Source: a virus (lineage: Duplodnaviria; Caudoviricetes). Taken from it: 39,758 bases of DNA. How positions within the stretch are numbered: position 1 is the stretch's first letter; every line of letters starts with the position of its first letter. Shown piece after piece: positions 35,641 to 39,758 of this stretch. The notes beneath the pieces are model-generated. The model saw only the letters and a list, made by a program, of their open reading frames with translations. It was not told where the DNA came from and ran no database searches. The stretch lies in IMG/VR virus record IMGVR_UViG_3300020723_000011, positions 1-39,758 of that record, one strand, 5' to 3'. Both the position numbers and the translations under genes were made by a program.

Positions 35641-36873
35641 ATGGCCGCCTACTACAACGAGATCGACCCCTTCGCAGCCCAATGGTTGCGCAACCTGATT
35701 AAAGCCGGTCACATCGCTGACGGCATTGTTGACGAACGGAGTATTGAGGATGTTAAACCAGACGACTTGCGCGAATTTACACAGTGCCACTTCTTTGCCG
35801 GTATCGGAGTCTGGAGCCGAGCGCTACGACTCGCTGGGTGGCCTGACGATAGACGAGTATGGACAGGCTCTTGCCCCTGCCAACCTTTCAGCGCGGCAGG
35901 CAAAGGCGATGGGTTTGCTGACGAGCGGCATCTGTGGCCTGCATTCAACCATCTCATCCTCCAGTGCCGACCTCCAAGCGTCCTTGGAGAACAGGTTGCT
36001 TCTAAAGACGCTGCACCTTGGCTCGACCTTGTACAAGCTGACGTGGAAGCAATGGGTTATGCCTTCGGGGCGGTTGCGTTCCCGGCTGCGAGCGTCGGTG
36101 CTCCGCACATCCGAGACAGAACATACTGGGTGGCCCACGCCAAACACGATGGATATGATCGACAGGGACGGGTTGCGGCCGTCGAGGGTGGCGACCAACC
36201 GGGCCAGCGGGTACTTGACCGAGATCGTTCCCTTGGCGGGATGGCCCACGCCAGACGCACATGCTGCGAGCGGAGGTCGAACACCTGCGGACTTGATGGC
36301 TACGAAACGACCCAATGGGTCAAAAGTACAAGTGACCATCAATCATGCGGCAGCAATGGCGTCGTGGGCAACACCCACGACGCGCGACCACAAGGATTCG
36401 GGCGACTTGGAGGCGTCGATGGTGCGCAAGGACGGAGTGATACGGGACGACACGGTGGGCAGACAGGCGTGGCTTGCGGGATGGGGCACACCGAGAGCGA
36501 CCGACCCGAAGTGCGGGAGCACCTACACCGAGGGTTGTCAGGGCAAGGACTTGCCCAAGGATGCGACTTTAGCGGGCTGGCAGACGCCGAAAGCAACCGA
36601 AACGATGGGTCGTTACGGGATAACCAATGGCAAGAAATACCTGAAGCTGTGGGGCGAAGCGTTGACCTGTCAGAACTTGGACCGACCAGCCCGACTAACG
36701 GCCACTGGGGAGCTGCTGACTGGCTCCTCTGCCGGGATGGAAAGTGGCGGCCAGTTGAACCCGGCACATTCCCGTTGGCTCATGGGGCTACCGGCCGAGT
36801 GGGACGCCTGCGCGCCTACGGTAATGCCATCGTTGCGCAAGCAGCCCAAGCCTTTATCGGGAGTGTGATGTGA
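35641..36873 (+). CDS. DNA cytosine-C5 methyltransferase, alpha-type polypeptide
   Basis: Motif [43 protein letters not shown]; no motif IX in this frame. Confidence 0.9.
   Translation: MAAYYNEIDPFAAQWLRNLIKAGHIADGIVDERSIEDVKPDDLREFTQCHFFAGIGVWSRALRLAGWPDDRRVWTGSCPCQPFSAAGKGDGFADERHLWPAFNHLILQCRPPSVLGEQVASKDAAPWLDLVQADVEAMGYAFGAVAFPAASVGAPHIRDRTYWVAHAKHDGYDRQGRVAAVEGGDQPGQRVLDRDRSLGGMAHARRTCCERRSNTCGLDGYETTQWVKSTSDHQSCGSNGVVGNTHDARPQGFGRLGGVDGAQGRSDTGRHGGQTGVACGMGHTESDRPEVREHLHRGLSGQGLAQGCDFSGLADAESNRNDGSLRDNQWQEIPEAVGRSVDLSELGPTSPTNGHWGAADWLLCRDGKWRPVEPGTFPLAHGATGRVGRLRAYGNAIVAQAAQAFIGSVM
35750..36868 (+). CDS. Out-of-frame overlapping MTase partner (beta-type polypeptide) with five WxTP modules and a motif IX-like end
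   Basis: +1 frame open for 380 codons; GGAG before ATG 35750; ends [18 protein letters not shown]. The true start is uncertain. Confidence 0.75.
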   Translation: MLNQTTCANLHSATSLPVSESGAERYDSLGGLTIDEYGQALAPANLSARQAKAMGLLTSGICGLHSTISSSSADLQASLENRLLLKTLHLGSTLYKLTWKQWVMPSGRLRSRLRASVLRTSETEHTGWPTPNTMDMIDRDGLRPSRVATNRASGYLTEIVPLAGWPTPDAHAASGGRTPADLMATKRPNGSKVQVTINHAAAMASWATPTTRDHKDSGDLEASMVRKDGVIRDDTVGRQAWLAGWGTPRATDPKCGSTYTEGCQGKDLPKDATLAGWQTPKATETMGRYGITNGKKYLKLWGEALTCQNLDRPARLTATGELLTGSSAGMESGGQLNPAHSRWLMGLPAEWDACAPTVMPSLRKQPKPLSGV

Positions 36874-39197
36874 GTCTACCCACCGCCCTCCAGCCCTTTG
36901 AGGCCCACCGCCAATTTATCACCTACGCCACGCGCCCGAGCAGCCGCCCCGGCAAGACCGACAAAATACCCACCGACTGGCGCACAGGGCACCCCGCCAA
37001 CGCGCACGACCCGGCCATCTGGACCGACTATGCCACGGCGGCCGCGCACGGCCCTGTGGGCTTTGTATTCACCGAGGCTGACCCATTCTGGTTTCTCGAC
37101 ATTGACAATTGCCTCCTCGCAGGCACTCCGACCACACCTGGCGGATGGTCACCCCTTGCAATGGAGTTGTGCACCTCCCTTGCTGGCGCTGCGTGCGAGG
37201 TGTCCATCAGTGGCACTGGCCTGCACATGTTCGGCGTGGGCCAAGTGCCCAAGCACAAGACCAAAAATAGCGCGCTGGGGCTGGAGTTTTACCACTCGGG
37301 CCGCTTTGTAGCGCTTGGCAGTGGAGCCGTTGGTAACGCCATGACCGACCACAGCGCGGCACTTGCGGCCATCATCCCCAAGTATTTTGCTGGTGTCGAG
37401 GTGGACCCAATCATGGTGGGCTGGACCACCTACCCGGTGCCCGAGTGGCGCGGCCCTGTGGATGACGACGACCTTATCCGGCGCGCCTGCAACAGCAAGA
37501 GCGCGGCCGGGGCCTTTGGTGGCAAGGCCTCATTCCAGCAACTGTGGGATGCGGACTTTGCGGCCCTGTGCAAGGCCTACCCGGATGCCAATCGCGGCTA
37601 CGACGCATCGAGCGCGGACGCGGCGCTGGCGCAGCACCTCGCATTCTGGACCGGCAAGGATTGCCAGCGCATTGCCACGCTCATGAACCGCAGCGCCTTG
37701 AAGCGCGCCAAGTGGACCGAGCACGGCAGCTACATCGAACGCACGGTGCTGGGGGCCATCGGCCAGCAGAATGATGTGTGCAAGGACAAAGAGATGGAAG
37801 CGCCCAAGCCTGCCACGGGCGTGCGCGACGTGGTGGGGGAAACTTGGCTACAGCCCGAGGATATGAAAGTGATGTTTGCCGGGTGTACCTACGTTATGAG
37901 CACCCACACCATACTCATGCCGGGCGGCCACAGCCTCAACGAGGGCCGGTTCAATGCGATGTGCGGGGGCTTTACCTATACGCTGGACCGCAATCAGGGC
38001 AAGCCTGCCAAAACCGCATGGGAGGCCTTCCTGCAAAGCCGTGACGTGCGCTTTCCCAAGGCCAACGCCTGCGAGTTTGACCCACGCAAGGGTCCGGGCG
38101 AGATATGGGAGGAGGGCAACCTCACCTACGTCAACAGCTACGTGCCCATCAAGACCCCGAGCAAAAAGGGCAACCCCCGGCCATTCCTTGACCACCTGCA
38201 AAAGATACTGCCCGTAGCGCGCGACCGGGAGATTATTCTGGCCTACATGGCGGCCGTGGTGCAGTACCCCGGCGTCAAATTCCAGTGGGCACCGCTCATT
38301 CAGGGCGCGCCAGGTAACGGCAAGACTTTGCTCTCGCGCTGTGTCACCGAGGCCATCGGGCGCGCGCACTGCCACACGCCAAAGCCCCACGAGCTTGCAT
38401 CCCGGTTCAACGACTGGATTGCAGACCGGATATTTATCGCTGTGGAGGACATTTACGTGGCCGAAAACCAGAGCGAGATTTTGGAGGCCTTGAAGCCGAT
38501 GATTACCAACGACTGGCTGGAGGTGGAGGGCAAGGGGGCCAACAAGTCGAGTCGAATGATATGCGCTAACTTCATGCTCAACAGCAACCATAAAGACGGC
38601 GTGCGCAAGACCAAGGACGACCGGCGCTTTGCTATCTTCTACACGGCCCAGCAAAGCGTTGAGGACATTATCAAGGCTGGCATGGGCGGCAATTACTTTC
38701 CCGAGCTTTACAACTGGCTCAAACGCGACGGCTATGCCATCGTTACCGACTATCTGCGGGGGTACGCCATACCGGCCGAGCTAAACCCCGCTGGCGACTG
38801 CCACAGGGCACCGCAGACCAGCAGCACGGATGAGGCAGTGCAGGCCAGCGCCGGACGGCTGGAGCAGGAAATAATCGAGATGATCGAGCAGGAGCAGGTG
38901 GGATTCCGCAACGGCTGGGTGTCGAGCCATTTTCTGGACACGCTCATCAAGGGGCTCAACTTGGAGAGCCGGTACCCACGCAACAAGCGCGGGGACTTGA
39001 TGCTGGAGTTGGGATACTTCCCTCACCCCGGCATCCACAAGGGGCAGGTGCACAACCCGGTGAGCCCGGACGGATGCAAGCCCCGCCTGTGGATTATGCC
39101 GGGTCACCCAGCGGAGGGGTTGAAGGGTGCGGACGTGGCCCGGAAGTATTCAGAGGACCAGATTGATGCGGCGCGGCACTTGCGGTTAGCATCATAA
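36870..39197 (+). CDS. Primase-helicase (prim-pol-like N-terminus, SF3/D5-like C-terminal NTPase)
   Basis: FLDID, EVSISGTGLH, LEFY; QGAPGNGKT, AVED, LNSNH, DRRF. Confidence 0.9.
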   Translation: MSLPTALQPFEAHRQFITYATRPSSRPGKTDKIPTDWRTGHPANAHDPAIWTDYATAAAHGPVGFVFTEADPFWFLDIDNCLLAGTPTTPGGWSPLAMELCTSLAGAACEVSISGTGLHMFGVGQVPKHKTKNSALGLEFYHSGRFVALGSGAVGNAMTDHSAALAAIIPKYFAGVEVDPIMVGWTTYPVPEWRGPVDDDDLIRRACNSKSAAGAFGGKASFQQLWDADFAALCKAYPDANRGYDASSADAALAQHLAFWTGKDCQRIATLMNRSALKRAKWTEHGSYIERTVLGAIGQQNDVCKDKEMEAPKPATGVRDVVGETWLQPEDMKVMFAGCTYVMSTHTILMPGGHSLNEGRFNAMCGGFTYTLDRNQGKPAKTAWEAFLQSRDVRFPKANACEFDPRKGPGEIWEEGNLTYVNSYVPIKTPSKKGNPRPFLDHLQKILPVARDREIILAYMAAVVQYPGVKFQWAPLIQGAPGNGKTLLSRCVTEAIGRAHCHTPKPHELASRFNDWIADRIFIAVEDIYVAENQSEILEALKPMITNDWLEVEGKGANKSSRMICANFMLNSNHKDGVRKTKDDRRFAIFYTAQQSVEDIIKAGMGGNYFPELYNWLKRDGYAIVTDYLRGYAIPAELNPAGDCHRAPQTSSTDEAVQASAGRLEQEIIEMIEQEQVGFRNGWVSSHFLDTLIKGLNLESRYPRNKRGDLMLELGYFPHPGIHKGQVHNPVSPDGCKPRLWIMPGHPAEGLKGADVARKYSEDQIDAARHLRLAS

Positions 39198-39333
39198 ATA
39201 GAGCCAGCTTGGCAGGGGGACAGTTACGACGCCCCCCTTCCCACTCCTGCACCGCTCGGCGCGTGCCCCCAATCAACGCCCCGGCAGCTTCTTGTGTAAG
39301 ACCTGATGCCACGCGTGCAGCTTTGAAGTTCAT
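39094..39333 (-). CDS. XRE-family HTH protein
   Basis: FKAARVASGLTQEAAGALIGGTRRAVQEWEGGRR; GAGG SD. Confidence 0.85.
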   Translation of the reverse strand: MNFKAARVASGLTQEAAGALIGGTRRAVQEWEGGRRNCPPAKLALFMMLTASAAPHQSGPLNTSGPRPHPSTPPLGDPA

Positions 39334-39530
39334 ACCGGACCTCTCAATTCACCCTTGGAGTGCTCACGCGGCACAAAGTTGCAGGGGTGGCAGGTTGAAT
39401 CGGTTGGGGTTTCCAAGTGGTACTTTTCCCTAGGCAGGGGGAGGCCTATCAAGTTGATGCGGCACCGGTCACACCAGTGGTCAGGCTTGGCAGGCAAGCA
39501 GAATTTAGGGGGGAGGGGGGCTTGGGTCAT
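39330..39530 (-). CDS. Hypothetical 66 aa protein with CxxC...CxxC
   Basis: AGGA SD; CDRC and CHPC; ATGA coupling to the HTH gene. Confidence 0.55.
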   Translation of the reverse strand: MTQAPLPPKFCLPAKPDHWCDRCRINLIGLPLPREKYHLETPTDSTCHPCNFVPREHSKGELRGPV

Positions 39531-39672
39531 AAAAAATTCCTGAGTGATTTTCGGCTAAACGGAAATAAAAAAATATAGCACACTTTGCGAATGTTGGGCT
39601 GGCGCTGGCTTCCGCAATATAGGGCTTGGCGTTTTTCTTCCTTGCCCGTACCTGGCGCACTCATCCCCGCGG

Positions 39673-39758
39673 GGCCGGGGCAGGCCGGGGCAGGCCGGGG
39701 CAGGCCGGGGCAGGCCGGGGCAGGCCGGGGCAGGCCGGGGCAGGCCGGGGCAGGCCGG
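39673..39758. repeat. Tandem 10-bp repeat (GGCCGGGGCA)x8 plus a partial copy
   Basis: Read directly; same unit and orientation as 1-80. Confidence 0.98.

Noticed and set aside
39094-39333. XRE HTH as a lysogeny repressor indicating a temperate phage
   Set aside because: It is a short HTH with no peptidase domain, and no integrase or partition genes were recognised; lifestyle remains undetermined.

Overview
The window looks like a complete or nearly complete ~39.8 kb GC-rich tailed-phage genome. It is podovirus-like: portal, N4-gp56-type capsid, adaptor/nozzle tail and three ejection-type proteins, with no tape measure or sheath. The assembly opens inside a (GGCCGGGGCA)n tandem array present at both ends. 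Layout: small leftward early genes (79-2161, continuing at 39094-39530); a ~790 bp non-coding control region; a long rightward late operon (terminase, portal, head, tail, lysis, ejection proteins, a PurD-like ATP-grasp enzyme and an HTH protein; 2953-25757); a leftward replication arm (PolB, pentapeptide protein, SSB-like, Cas4-like nuclease; 25748-32754); and a rightward arm (SF2 helicase, VRR-NUC, TetR-like, DUF4406-like, C5-methyltransferase, primase-helicase; 32852-39197). I recognised no integrase, tRNA or CRISPR array. Three observations stand out. (1) Three head proteins share a hydrophobic N-terminal leader ending in [SA]-[FY]-[ILF]-S-P, and a minimal M48-type zinc peptidase gene sits among them, suggesting a membrane-anchored, leader-cleaving head maturation system, possibly with the late ATP-grasp ligase. 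(2) The C5-MTase is encoded in two overlapping frames (M.EcoHK31I-like), and the hidden frame carries five tandem W-x-T-P modules. (3) Several translationally coupled mini-ORFs and gene scars are missing from the ORF track. All calls are by eye from motifs and synteny; no searches were run.
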